NCBI GenBank assembly: GCA_021796535.1
Contig: JAKABW010000003.1
Location: forward strand, 53,029-117,028
From: Actinomycetes bacterium
GTDB lineage: Bacteria; Actinomycetota; Acidimicrobiia; Acidimicrobiales; Bog-793
Direction: 5' to 3'
Length of the DNA: 64,000 bases
Each line of letters begins with the position of its first letter. Within the stretch, counting starts at the first letter, position 1. Of this stretch, positions 9,598 through 19,182 are shown piece by piece. A model generated the notes under the pieces. That model had not been told where the DNA came from, did not search any database, and was given only the letters and a program-made list of their open reading frames with translations. Position numbers and translations under genes: made by a program.

Positions 9598-10563
9598 ATG
9601 CCGAGCGAACTTGCCGTAGAAGTAAAAGGTTTAAAAAAGTCTTACGGAGACTTTGAAGCCGTCAAAGGAATCGACTTCGAGATCTCCAAGGGCGAGATAT
9701 TCTCCCTCCTCGGCCCCAACGGCGCCGGGAAAACCACCACTGTGGAAATCCTGGAAGGTTTCCGCAAGAAAAGCTCCGGCGAAATCGGAGTATTCGGCCT
9801 CAGCCCGGAACACGACCTGACAAAACTCAAAGAACGCATAGGGATAGTCCCGCAGTCCGGGGCTCTCGACAGGTACCTGACGGTTTCAGAGACGGTGACA
9901 ATGTACGCCGGCTATTACCGCAATCCCCAACCGGCGGAGCACGTCATAGAACTGGTCGGTTTACAGGAAAAAAAGAACGAGAGGGCCATAAGGCTTTCCG
10001 GAGGTCAGCAGAGAAGACTTGAAGTGGCCATAGCCATGGTGGGAAACCCGGATCTGCTTTTTTTGGACGAGCCCACAACGGGTTTTGACCCGGCGGCCAG
10101 ACGCGAGACTTGGCAGATAATAAAAGGTCTGGCAGAACTGGGCAAGACGATTCTGCTCACGACGCACTACATGGATGAGGCGGAATTCTTGGCCGACCAT
10201 ATCGCCGTGATCGCCAACGGGGAAATTGTGGCCGCCGGCACCCCATACAATCTTGGCGGAAGGGACAAACTGCGGCCGAAGATCACTCTTGACTACCCGG
10301 AAGGCGTTGCTCCTCCGCCTGAGCTAAAAAACGTCTTCACCCCTTCGGGGGCCGTGACATTCGAAGTCAACGACATCACCTCCGCCATTTACACTATTGC
10401 CGAACACGCCAGACAAAACAACGTCTCCCTGGACAGTCTGCAGATTACAAGACCCTCATTGGAAGATGTTTACCTCTCCTTAATCGGTTACGACACAGAA
10501 CAAGCGGCGGAACCGGAGGCAAAAGCCGCCCGGGGCGGAAGGTCAAGAAGGAGAAATCGGTGA
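9598..10563 (+). CDS. ABC transporter ATP-binding protein (ABC-2/DrrA-like exporter)
   Basis: 321-aa ORF. Walker A GPNGAGKTT, signature LSGGQQRRL, Walker B LLFLDEPTTGFD. RBS AAGAGGA upstream. Confidence 0.9.
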   Translation: MPSELAVEVKGLKKSYGDFEAVKGIDFEISKGEIFSLLGPNGAGKTTTVEILEGFRKKSSGEIGVFGLSPEHDLTKLKERIGIVPQSGALDRYLTVSETVTMYAGYYRNPQPAEHVIELVGLQEKKNERAIRLSGGQQRRLEVAIAMVGNPDLLFLDEPTTGFDPAARRETWQIIKGLAELGKTILLTTHYMDEAEFLADHIAVIANGEIVAAGTPYNLGGRDKLRPKITLDYPEGVAPPPELKNVFTPSGAVTFEVNDITSAIYTIAEHARQNNVSLDSLQITRPSLEDVYLSLIGYDTEQAAEPEAKAARGGRSRRRNR

Positions 10564-10582
10564 CATCTCGGATAGGGTCAAA

Positions 10583-11353
10583 ATGATAAGAACAATCCGC
10601 CTGCTGTTGAAACAAGTCGCATACACCAACAAGGCTTTTTGGAGAAACCCGGCATCGGCGTTTTTTACTTTTGCTTTCCCGATCATGTTTCTCATCATCT
10701 TCAACGCCCTCCTCGGCAACCATACAGTGCTGATAGGCGACAAAAGGGCACATTATTCCACATACTATGTTTCAGCCATGGGCACTTTTGGCCTTATCTC
10801 GGCTTGCTATACAAACATAGCCATCAGTATCAGCTATGCCAGAGACGAAGGTCTGCTGAAAAGAATAAGCGGCACGCCGTTGCCAAAAATTTCATACATT
10901 GGCGCCCGCGTCCTGCACGCTCTTTTCGTGGCGCTTCTGCTTGTCGTCATCACGGCCCTCTTCGGCAGACTGTTTTACCAAGCCGAACTGCCCACGGGAG
11001 TGACTCTGTTGCGTTTTATCGTGGCACTGGTGGTGGGGGCGGTAAGTTTTTCGGCATTGGGCTTTGCCGTCACGTCGAGGGTCAAGGATGCGGATGCTTC
11101 CCCGGCCGTGGTAAACGCTTCCATTTTTCCGTTGCTTTTTCTCTCCGGCATTTTTATTCCTCTCGGAAACGGCGCCCCTTCTTGGATACACTGGATTGCC
11201 AGGATCTTTCCGGTCTGGCATTTTGCCCTCAGCATGCAGGCCGGTTTCATCGGAACGGCCTATAACTGGACCGACGTCATCATCGTCGCCGCCTGGGGGC
11301 TGTTCGGACTGCTCCTGTCGGTCAGATATTTCAGATGGGAGCCCGCCAGATAA
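10583..11353 (+). CDS. ABC-2 type transporter permease
   Basis: 256-aa ORF with about 6 hydrophobic segments. It starts 20 nt after the ATPase gene, which is typical ABC-2 architecture. Confidence 0.8.
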   Translation: MIRTIRLLLKQVAYTNKAFWRNPASAFFTFAFPIMFLIIFNALLGNHTVLIGDKRAHYSTYYVSAMGTFGLISACYTNIAISISYARDEGLLKRISGTPLPKISYIGARVLHALFVALLLVVITALFGRLFYQAELPTGVTLLRFIVALVVGAVSFSALGFAVTSRVKDADASPAVVNASIFPLLFLSGIFIPLGNGAPSWIHWIARIFPVWHFALSMQAGFIGTAYNWTDVIIVAAWGLFGLLLSVRYFRWEPAR

Positions 11354-11372
11354 TTGACGGGCTCCCAAAACC

Positions 11373-12617
11373 TCAGATACTGTGCGTCAGAGTTCCCAGA
11401 CCGAGCGACGTGCTCGCTATGATGGCCCAAAGGATGAGACCGAACAAAACCGGCTTATAACCTATGGCCCTCAGGGACTTGACTCTGACGGAAAGACCTA
11501 TGGCCGCCAAAGCTGCCGTTATCATCCACAGGGCAAGGTCGGAAATCCCCTGGTGCCAACCGGCTGGCACCCAGCCCAGAGATTGTACGGCCATGGCCAT
11601 TACGAACAGAATGACAAAGAGGGGAAAGCTCCTCGCCGTTGCCAAAAACGATTTCTTCTCGGGAACCGTGGCAACGCCCCCAGTCGAAAAAGCTGCTTCG
11701 GAACCGAGATCGGAGCCCTCAGTCAAAGCCTGTCTTTTTTTGTCCTGATGCCTCCTGATGACGGGAAGCGCCAGCGCTATCGGAACTATCATGAGCGTTC
11801 TGGTGAGTTTGACCACGATTCCATAATTTCGCGCCACCGTCCCGTAAACGCTGGAGGCCGCCACGACGGAGGAAGCATCGTTGATGGCGGTGCCGGCCCA
11901 GAGCCCAAAGCCCTGTTGCGTCATATGTAAAATATGCCCAATCACGGGAAAGGTCAGGACGGCGACCACGTTGAAAATAAAAATAGTGCCCAAGGCATAG
12001 GCCACCTCGGCTCCGGCTGCCGATATGACGGCATCCACGGCCGCTATCGCCGAAGCCCCGCAGATGGCAGTTCCGATACTGACCAATGTGTTGACGTCCC
12101 TGGTCAGCCCCAGCCTTTTTCCGATCGGTCCCGACACGGCCAGGGCCACCCCCAGCGTACCCAACATGACGGGAAGGGATTTTCCCCCCACGGTAAGCGC
12201 TTCATGAAGAGACAAGCCCAATCCCAAGATGGCAATGGAGGCCTGTAAAACACGCTTTGAAGTAAACTTCAGACCTTTGTCCAAACTCTCGTGATGAAGG
12301 AAAAAAGATAAAATCATTCCGAAAACGACGGCAATGACCGGACCTCCCACCACGGGGGCAAAATGGGCCAAGTACGTGGCCAGTGCGGCGATGGCCGTAG
12401 CGAGAAAGAACCCCCTGTAGCGCTCGCTCGCCGAGGATAACAGCTTATCTTTGAGGGGAGAGAGCCGCTTTTTATAAAAAGAGCCCTCCATTTCTTCTAT
12501 CTCTTGTTCCAAAAAGACGGATTCTACTTCGACCAAGAAATTGTCGCTTACATCTTCTGTCATTTCCGAACCGGCGACGGGTGTATCATCTGTAAATTCA
12601 TTTTGGTCTTTGTTCAT
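11373..12617 (-). CDS. YeiH/UPF0324-family membrane protein (putative sulfate exporter family) with acidic N-terminal extension
   Basis: 414-aa polytopic ORF. RVLQASIAILGLGLSL, GTAICGASAIAA. It is divergent from a LysR gene, as in E. coli yeiE-yeiH. The true start may lie further downstream. Confidence 0.7.
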   Translation of the reverse strand: MNKDQNEFTDDTPVAGSEMTEDVSDNFLVEVESVFLEQEIEEMEGSFYKKRLSPLKDKLLSSASERYRGFFLATAIAALATYLAHFAPVVGGPVIAVVFGMILSFFLHHESLDKGLKFTSKRVLQASIAILGLGLSLHEALTVGGKSLPVMLGTLGVALAVSGPIGKRLGLTRDVNTLVSIGTAICGASAIAAVDAVISAAGAEVAYALGTIFIFNVVAVLTFPVIGHILHMTQQGFGLWAGTAINDASSVVAASSVYGTVARNYGIVVKLTRTLMIVPIALALPVIRRHQDKKRQALTEGSDLGSEAAFSTGGVATVPEKKSFLATARSFPLFVILFVMAMAVQSLGWVPAGWHQGISDLALWMITAALAAIGLSVRVKSLRAIGYKPVLFGLILWAIIASTSLGLGTLTHSI

Positions 12618-12640
12618 AATATAAATCCTGCCGACAAAAA

Positions 12641-12661
12641 CTTGCCATCGCTACGGGCAAG
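12641..12661. promoter_or_regulatory. candidate LysR-type (T-N11-A-like) binding dyad in the divergent promoter
   Basis: CTTGCC-N9-GGCAAG sits in the 70-nt gap between the YeiH-like and LysR genes. Confidence 0.35.
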
Positions 12662-12687
12662 CACTGATATGGGTATAAGCTACACTT

Positions 12688-13608
12688 ATGCCACTAGCAC
12701 ATCCCATTCCCGACTTGTCCGCACTCGACCTGTTGGTGTCGATAAAAAAAGAGGGTTCCATATCAAAAGCCGCCAAAGCCCACATGATCAGCCAGCCCGC
12801 AGCCAGCATGAAAATAAGAATGCTGGAAAACACGGTTGGGTTAAAACTTCTGGAAAGAACCTCAGCCGGGGCGCGCCTAACGGAAACAGGCATACTGATT
12901 AGCAGCATAAGTGAAAGAATTATTGAAGAAATATATGAAATACAAGAAGTAGCCGAGACCCTAAAGCAATCCGATCACAAAGAGCTAAAAGTATCGGCAA
13001 GCACCACCGTGGCCGAATATCTTGTTCCCGCTTGGATACATCAACTCCACTTGGAATTCGGGCAGTCAAAAAAACCCGTGCCTTTTATTAAACTTTCCAT
13101 CAAAAACAGCCGCGACGTAACAGAAGAAATACGCTCCAAAACAGCGGAAATAGGCTTTATCGAAAGCGATACGGTACCAGAAGACCTGAACAGCAAAGTG
13201 GTATTCGAAGACGAACTGGTCTTGGTGGCCAAACCGTCACATCCGCTTGTCAAACGTAAGAAAGCGATTCCGGTCTCCTTCCTTTCCGATATCAGAATAT
13301 GCACGAGGGAAGAAGGTTCCGGGACACGTGAAGTGCTGGAAAAAACTCTGCGGCTCCATGATATTTCTGCGGCAAATGTTGTGGAACTGGCTTCCACGAC
13401 GGCAATAAAAACAGCGGTGGGGCTGGGGACGGGAATCGGAATTCTGAGTATGCTCGCCGTGAGAAACGAAATTGCACTGTCTTCACTTAAGATAGTGGAA
13501 TTGGAAAATGTTTATCTGAAACGCAATATTCATGCCATATGGCGAAAAGACCGCCTGAGTCATTTGGCAAACGAATTTCTAAAAATAAGTTCGACGACTA
13601 GCCGATAG
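12688..13608 (+). CDS. LysR family transcriptional regulator
   Basis: 306-aa ORF. N-terminal wHTH LDLLVSIKKEGSISKAAKAHMISQPAASMKIRMLENTVGLKLLERT, followed by a LysR substrate-binding-like C-terminus. Confidence 0.9.
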   Translation: MPLAHPIPDLSALDLLVSIKKEGSISKAAKAHMISQPAASMKIRMLENTVGLKLLERTSAGARLTETGILISSISERIIEEIYEIQEVAETLKQSDHKELKVSASTTVAEYLVPAWIHQLHLEFGQSKKPVPFIKLSIKNSRDVTEEIRSKTAEIGFIESDTVPEDLNSKVVFEDELVLVAKPSHPLVKRKKAIPVSFLSDIRICTREEGSGTREVLEKTLRLHDISAANVVELASTTAIKTAVGLGTGIGILSMLAVRNEIALSSLKIVELENVYLKRNIHAIWRKDRLSHLANEFLKISSTTSR

Positions 13609-15367
13609 GCAGGGCGTTTGACAACGATATGCCCATACCGTTTCCTCTGGAATAGTCGATGTTTCCCGCTATTATTTTTCGTCTTGAAACGACCTCCACA
13701 CCCAAGGGACCGGGCTCTCCTATCAGATAGTCCGGATCCACTTCGGCTTCAGTGTGTCCGGGGAGTTCAAGAGTTATAAAAGGCGGCTGAGCATGACTGC
13801 TGCCTCCGGCGGTTCCGCTCGGAGCCAAAGCATTCGCCATGTGTATTCTGAACAGCTTGACTTTTGCGGTTCTTCCGCCCGGATTATAAAGGGTAAGGAG
13901 CTGGCCCACTCTGGAATCGGAACTACCGGGCAGCACAAGCCATTTTTGTGCGGGAGCCCTGAGGGCATTCACGGTAGCCGTGCCCGCCGGCAACACCGGC
14001 AGGGTGGTCACGGCATTGACATCGGCCCGGGAGATGCTGGAGACCCCCAAACGCCCGGCGGTAGCAAGCGCCGTTTCGTTGGCGTATGCGTGTATGATAC
14101 GGACGGCGGACGGACTGAGAGAGGCCGGGTTACTCTTACCCGGAACAACTACCGTGAGAGTTCTCTCGATTACAAGAGGCAGACTGCTGTGTTCTTTTAC
14201 CTCCACGGACACCATCTCCGGTGTCTGTCTTCCGACCAGGAATTTATATGCCTGATCCCTGGCAGACAATTGTGATTTAGGTGATCCGGTTATTTTGATC
14301 CCGCCCAAAGAAGGCGGGGGAGAATAAACGGAGGGCGCCAAAACCGTCTCCGAATTCGGCGGTAGCGATACGTGAGAAGTAGCCTTTGAAACACCGGAAA
14401 TAAAGGAAAGTGAAATTTTTACGGTTCTGGAGTTGGGATTAAATACGGAATAAGTATTCAGGTCTCGATAACCGGCCGGGGCCGGCGGAAACATCCACCG
14501 ATTGGCCGTGGGAACAGCGGCGGTAACAAGCGAACCCTCTCCCAGGTTGGCAAAGCCCGGATCAATGAGCTGCGCTCCTCCGGCTATTTTTCCGCCGACG
14601 GCATGCAGTACAAGCCCCACGCTTGGTTCTTGCGGGATGCTCCTGCCCACGTCCAGAGTTTTCACCTGCCCGGGGGAAAGAGTAATACCCTGCAGGGCGG
14701 CGGGCGCAAGACTTTCCTGCTGGTCGCGGGCATTCAGCACATTGACCCCAACGTTTACGACGGCCGCCGTCGGGGCAGGATTATACAAGGACAGGTTGAT
14801 ATTTTTGCCGTTCAAAGTACTCCCCGAAGGCAGAGCCGTAGTCCTGGCTGCGGAATTCACACAGGAAGCACTGCTCTCTCCGTCCGGGCCGTCGACAACT
14901 TCGGTGACGGCCAAACCGGGACCGTTGGCCATGACCGAAAGTGCGGCGAAAGACTTGGGCAGTTTTCGACTCAAAGAAATAACCGTACCGGACCCGGGTG
15001 ATATGGCGACATTGACTTTGTCTACATTTCCGGAAAGGCTGTTCGCCACCACAGCGGTGATATTCAAAGCAGATTTGCCAAGGTTCGTCAAATAAACGGA
15101 AGAATAAGAAGACGGCCAAGAGCCGACCGGCAGGGGTCCGGGACAATACCACGCCTCGGAGTTTTCACCGGCGGAATTGGTCACGGCCACTTGATTGGTG
15201 GGCACAATTGAAGAGTTTTGCGGTTTTGGGTCGCGCAGCACAACCGAAAAAAGAGCCGCCAGCGCAACAAAGGCGACGGCTGAAAAAAGCACCGCCGATC
15301 TCGTCCCGACAGTGGGGCTGTCAACTTGCCCTGCCGTCCCTTCACGCTTAATCGGGAGGTCAGTCAT
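13598..15367 (-). CDS. DUF5719-like secreted/membrane-anchored protein (partner of the large GT2 membrane protein)
   Basis: One N-terminal TM segment (AVLFSAVAFVALAALFSVVL), then a long Ser/Thr/Pro/Val-rich beta-type region. The preferred start is the ATG at 15367, which overlaps the upstream stop as ATGACTGA. The ORF track extends to 15409. The pairing matches the actinobacterial GT2-DUF5719 arrangement as I remember it. I did not search. Confidence 0.6.
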   Translation of the reverse strand: MTDLPIKREGTAGQVDSPTVGTRSAVLFSAVAFVALAALFSVVLRDPKPQNSSIVPTNQVAVTNSAGENSEAWYCPGPLPVGSWPSSYSSVYLTNLGKSALNITAVVANSLSGNVDKVNVAISPGSGTVISLSRKLPKSFAALSVMANGPGLAVTEVVDGPDGESSASCVNSAARTTALPSGSTLNGKNINLSLYNPAPTAAVVNVGVNVLNARDQQESLAPAALQGITLSPGQVKTLDVGRSIPQEPSVGLVLHAVGGKIAGGAQLIDPGFANLGEGSLVTAAVPTANRWMFPPAPAGYRDLNTYSVFNPNSRTVKISLSFISGVSKATSHVSLPPNSETVLAPSVYSPPPSLGGIKITGSPKSQLSARDQAYKFLVGRQTPEMVSVEVKEHSSLPLVIERTLTVVVPGKSNPASLSPSAVRIIHAYANETALATAGRLGVSSISRADVNAVTTLPVLPAGTATVNALRAPAQKWLVLPGSSDSRVGQLLTLYNPGGRTAKVKLFRIHMANALAPSGTAGGSSHAQPPFITLELPGHTEAEVDPDYLIGEPGPLGVEVVSRRKIIAGNIDYSRGNGMGISLSNALPIG

Positions 15368-18300
15368 TTGTCTCTCCGTCTTTTCCTTCCGCCGCCACGG
15401 CGGCGTCATCCTCCCCGGAGACTTTTACCGCTGCGGTTTTCTTTTTGAAGCCGGATCTTGGGACGGACTTGCGTTCCGTTTTTCGCTGCTTCGCTTCTTT
15501 GGCATCGGTCTCTTCCGGTTCCGGAGCGGCTTCTGCTTCGGCGGTTTTGGTTTCTTCCGGTTCCGGAGCGGCTTCTGCTTCGGCGGTTTTGGTCTCTTCC
15601 GGTTCCGGAGCGGCTTCTTCCCTGACATCTTCCGGGTTACTTTCGAGCCCGGGAGCCTCCTCCGACGGATCTTTTCCCATTTCGTCGGTTTGTCTTGCCC
15701 TCTGAGTGTGTTTCGACACCAAAGCGTTCAGGTTTACGGCGTGGCGTGTGCCGTAAGTATCGGATCCAGGATCGGCAACCACCGCCACAGGCAGAGGCGT
15801 GTGTCTCTGTCTGCGCTTGTCTTCCCTGCGTCTCCGCAGGACCAAAAGGATTAAAAACCAACTGCCGATGAGTTCTGCCGCCAACAAAAGAGCCCGTAAA
15901 AAACCGGGGACGGAACTTTTTAGAACGGGCTGCGCTGCCAGTGCCGGCTGTGTCTTGAAAAGCAATACGCCGCCTTCCGAAGGCAGTTGTTTCAGGTCAA
16001 GTTGATTGGTCAGTCCCGTCGTCACACCCAACGGAATTGGCTCCGGAGTGCTATTTTGCACTCCGGAAAGTTCCGGCGCCAAAGATGTGAGCACCACCAC
16101 ATAACCTATGCGGTAGCGGGACAGCACGGAACCGAAATTGACCGTCTCGGCGTCTTTTACTTTTTGCAGCTGGTACAACACCGGGTTATAAAGACCCATA
16201 TCCGGACTTATCCACAAGTTTGTGATATCGGGGAGATTTCCTCCTGTTACGGCAACACTCAAGTCCGGCCCGATCTGATGGGAAGCCCCCGGTAAAGCTG
16301 CCGGACTGCCCACCCACAATATGCGGGGGGCTCCCGGAGAGGGGGCGGACGGAAAGAAGGAGAGTGTGGTGTCGTATCCGATGTCGGGAACAGACCATCT
16401 GCCCCCTCCTGCGGCGGTGGCAGCCTGTACCACAACACCGAAAGCCGCAATCGCAAACACCGGCGTCACCATCTGGCGCCAGCTGAAATTGCGGCCCGGC
16501 AAATCGGTAAGAATGGCCTCGAGGGAAAGCCCGAACATAACGGCAACGACTGCCGCCGGAATTACCAAAAGAGCGGCCAGATCTCCGCCAGCCATGCCCA
16601 GCCAACCTCTCCCGAAACAAAAGATTATTATCCAGGCGAATATCGCCGTAAAAAGCAGTCTTGAACCGAGAAAAAATCTCTCCCGTCTGGCAATAGTCAG
16701 TCCGGTCAGTGCACATACCCCGACCGCATACCCGAGCCATCCGCTCCCCACCGGACCCAAGTCAAAACGCAACAGGGCGGCCAGAGAGGGAGACTGAGCG
16801 GCACCCGGGACTCCTCCGAACAGAACGGAAAAATTAAAACCCGACTGGAAAATTGTAATTGACCAGGGAAGCAAAATAATTAAAGCTGCCGTGAGAGAAA
16901 ATATTGTCCTTATGAACACACCCAGTGCCAACCGGTAATTTGAAAAAATAACCAGAGTAACAGGCAAACAAAGCCCCACTATAAATACTGCCAGCAAGAG
17001 AGGCGGGGCAAAAGAGGCCGCAATTGCGATCAGCAGACCGAGGGAAAAATATTCCAAGAGGTTCTCTTTGGAAAAAACACTGCCTTTTTCGAAACGGAGG
17101 GCACCGGAATTGCCCGGATAACCGCTTTGCATGAAGCCGATAAGCCTAAGAACGATATAGGGGAAAGCGCCGTAACAAATAATCGCTTCAAACCGCCCGG
17201 TGGCCACGTCGTTGAAGTAAAGGGGCAAAAACATATACGATAAAGCCGCCGCCACTCTGGCAAGCCTGCCCGAAGTACCTTTTGCCGCTTTACCGACAAT
17301 ACGGGATACGCCGTAAGGACCGAGGAAAAGCATGGCAAAAGCAATTGCTTTTACGACCAATGCTGTGGATCCAAAAAAGATAAATCCTAAAATGCCCAAA
17401 AACAGATAAGCCGGCGACACGGGCCCCGGGGTTTGTGAACCGGCGTAAGTGGTGCCTCCGAAAAAGTGTGCCAGCAGATAAGCGGGAGAAGGGGCGGGAA
17501 GCCACTGCCCGTACAAAGGCAGATTTCCCACCAAAAAAGACCTGCTACCGATAAAAATGATCAATACAGCCATGGCAAGCGGGAGCACGAAGTCTCTGCG
17601 CCGAAGTTTGGCTCCCAGTTTTCTCTCATGGAGGCGTTGCGTTATAACTGTTTTTTCTTCGGTAGCTTGATCAAAAATGTGCTCCAGGCCATCTCTCACG
17701 AAGCGTCTGGCCCGCGTCCCTGTGCCGGTAAAGAAAACCGATACCTCTTTATCGCTTCTCAGCCTGTAGGAAGATATTGCCTTGCGCTCTTTTTTGATGT
17801 CTCCCCAGTTGGCGATGTTCCAACGCCAGGCCGTCACGACATGCTTCACCCTCTGCCGTCTTCCCAGGGCCATAAAAAAGCCGACTTCGGCCAGAGATAG
17901 CAGGAAAAACTGCAAGAGCACAAGAGGAAAACGGGCAGAGGAGTAATTTTTCAAGACGGCCCGCAGTTCGTGGCGCCATTGCAATGACCTTGCCGCCGGC
18001 AGGGGTTTCTGCCTGCTGGCCGTGGCTTCTCTGTGTGCGACGCGAGCCGAAGGGGCCACCATGACCCTCGCTCCGGCCAAATGCGCCCGCCAAGAAAAGT
18101 CTATGTCTTCGCCGAACATGGTCATCTTTTCGTCTAGCCCGTTCAGCGTGGCAAATAGGTCACTTCTCACCAGTTTGCAGGCACCGGGGATGGCAAAGGT
18201 CTCGTGGACCTCGTCGTACTGGGCTTGATCGAGTTCGCCGAAACCGACCCTTCGCACAGGAGCGCCGAATTTGTCGACATCAAGCCCCACCTGAAGGAGT

Positions 18301-18689
18301 TTTTCTTTGTCTTCGACGGAAACCAGTTTGGGTCCGACAACGGCCGCGTTTTGTCGGACCGCTTCGGTCACCAGTTTTCTCACGGCATCCGGTTCCAGAA
18401 TAATATCGTCATGGCAAATAAGATAAAAGGCGGCTCCTTCCACCGCTTTTACTCCGACATTCACGCTTGCGCTGTAACCGTTTACTTCGTTTAGGCGCAA
18501 AACAAAAAAATTGGGGGTCACCGCAGCCACTCTCGGCGAAACAGGTTCGTCACTGCCGGCATCCACTACCAATACGGCAAAGCCCGGATAGTCCTGCTCG
18601 GCAAAAGAGATCAGGCAATCTTCAAACCAATGCCCCGGATTGTGTGTCGTAACAATGGCTACTACAGGGGGTGCGTTCTCGTCAACCAT
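15360..18689 (-). CDS. large glycosyltransferase family 2 protein fused to a polytopic membrane domain
   Basis: 1109-aa ORF. The N-terminal GT-A domain has VVAIVTTHN, LVVDAGSDE and ICHDDI (a DxD-type motif). More than 10 hydrophobic segments follow, then a C-terminal Glu/Pro/Ala/Lys-rich repeat tail. Confidence 0.8.
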   Translation of the reverse strand: MVDENAPPVVAIVTTHNPGHWFEDCLISFAEQDYPGFAVLVVDAGSDEPVSPRVAAVTPNFFVLRLNEVNGYSASVNVGVKAVEGAAFYLICHDDIILEPDAVRKLVTEAVRQNAAVVGPKLVSVEDKEKLLQVGLDVDKFGAPVRRVGFGELDQAQYDEVHETFAIPGACKLVRSDLFATLNGLDEKMTMFGEDIDFSWRAHLAGARVMVAPSARVAHREATASRQKPLPAARSLQWRHELRAVLKNYSSARFPLVLLQFFLLSLAEVGFFMALGRRQRVKHVVTAWRWNIANWGDIKKERKAISSYRLRSDKEVSVFFTGTGTRARRFVRDGLEHIFDQATEEKTVITQRLHERKLGAKLRRRDFVLPLAMAVLIIFIGSRSFLVGNLPLYGQWLPAPSPAYLLAHFFGGTTYAGSQTPGPVSPAYLFLGILGFIFFGSTALVVKAIAFAMLFLGPYGVSRIVGKAAKGTSGRLARVAAALSYMFLPLYFNDVATGRFEAIICYGAFPYIVLRLIGFMQSGYPGNSGALRFEKGSVFSKENLLEYFSLGLLIAIAASFAPPLLLAVFIVGLCLPVTLVIFSNYRLALGVFIRTIFSLTAALIILLPWSITIFQSGFNFSVLFGGVPGAAQSPSLAALLRFDLGPVGSGWLGYAVGVCALTGLTIARRERFFLGSRLLFTAIFAWIIIFCFGRGWLGMAGGDLAALLVIPAAVVAVMFGLSLEAILTDLPGRNFSWRQMVTPVFAIAAFGVVVQAATAAGGGRWSVPDIGYDTTLSFFPSAPSPGAPRILWVGSPAALPGASHQIGPDLSVAVTGGNLPDITNLWISPDMGLYNPVLYQLQKVKDAETVNFGSVLSRYRIGYVVVLTSLAPELSGVQNSTPEPIPLGVTTGLTNQLDLKQLPSEGGVLLFKTQPALAAQPVLKSSVPGFLRALLLAAELIGSWFLILLVLRRRREDKRRQRHTPLPVAVVADPGSDTYGTRHAVNLNALVSKHTQRARQTDEMGKDPSEEAPGLESNPEDVREEAAPEPEETKTAEAEAAPEPEETKTAEAEAAPEPEETDAKEAKQRKTERKSVPRSGFKKKTAAVKVSGEDDAAVAAEGKDGETND
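15507..15618. repeat. 42-bp tandem repeat (2.7 copies) encoding the acidic tail of the GT2 protein
   Basis: Unit GGTCTCTTCCGGTTCCGGAGCGGCTTCTGCTTCGGCGGTTTT at 15507..15548. The second copy (15549..15590) has 1 mismatch. A 28-nt partial third copy follows. On the reverse strand it encodes (EAAPEPEETKTAEA)n. Confidence 0.9.
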
Positions 18690-19182
18690 TTGACTTTGAA
18701 GCTTACTATAATTTTTAACCCAACCGTCTAATAGAATTAATATATTTGGTAGACATCAACGACAAATATTCCTGTACAGCCCTCTACTTTTCTCTTTTAC
18801 GGCAAAGTATAAATGTACACATATAAGACTCATTTATATTTTGCATAGCTGAATACATATAAGCAGAAAACAATTGCGTATTTTACGCATAAAATGAAAC
18901 GTGATTGTAATATTTAGCCCTTTCTCGGGCTCCCGACCGCCGTCGGTGTCTACGCTCTTTGAAATAAACCGGCACCGGGCTAAAAATAACTTTAAAGAGT
19001 ACCCGTTTCGCCCAAAAAATAGCCGCGCCGCTCAACTTGACACAAAACGGAGATTTTCCTACCGCATGAATCAAAACCTCAGTATGTTGACTTTCCTCCA
19101 CCCGCGCCGCACCGAAACTTAATGACATATGCATAAACAACCGGCCTCTCTCCGCTACTATGACATTTAGGTTGACGGCGGC

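Noticed and set aside
15507-15618. Possible CRISPR-like array (regular 42-bp repeats); the 87-bp repeat at 25415..25593 raised the same question
   Set aside because: The repeats are directly tandem with no spacers, and they are in frame within coding sequences. There are no cas genes. They are protein-coding tandem repeats.
15195-15854. 219-aa plus-strand ORF across the DUF5719/GT2 junction
   Set aside because: It is antisense to two well-supported genes. Its repetitive FRFRSGFCFGGFG sequence is just the reverse reading of the 42-bp coding repeat.
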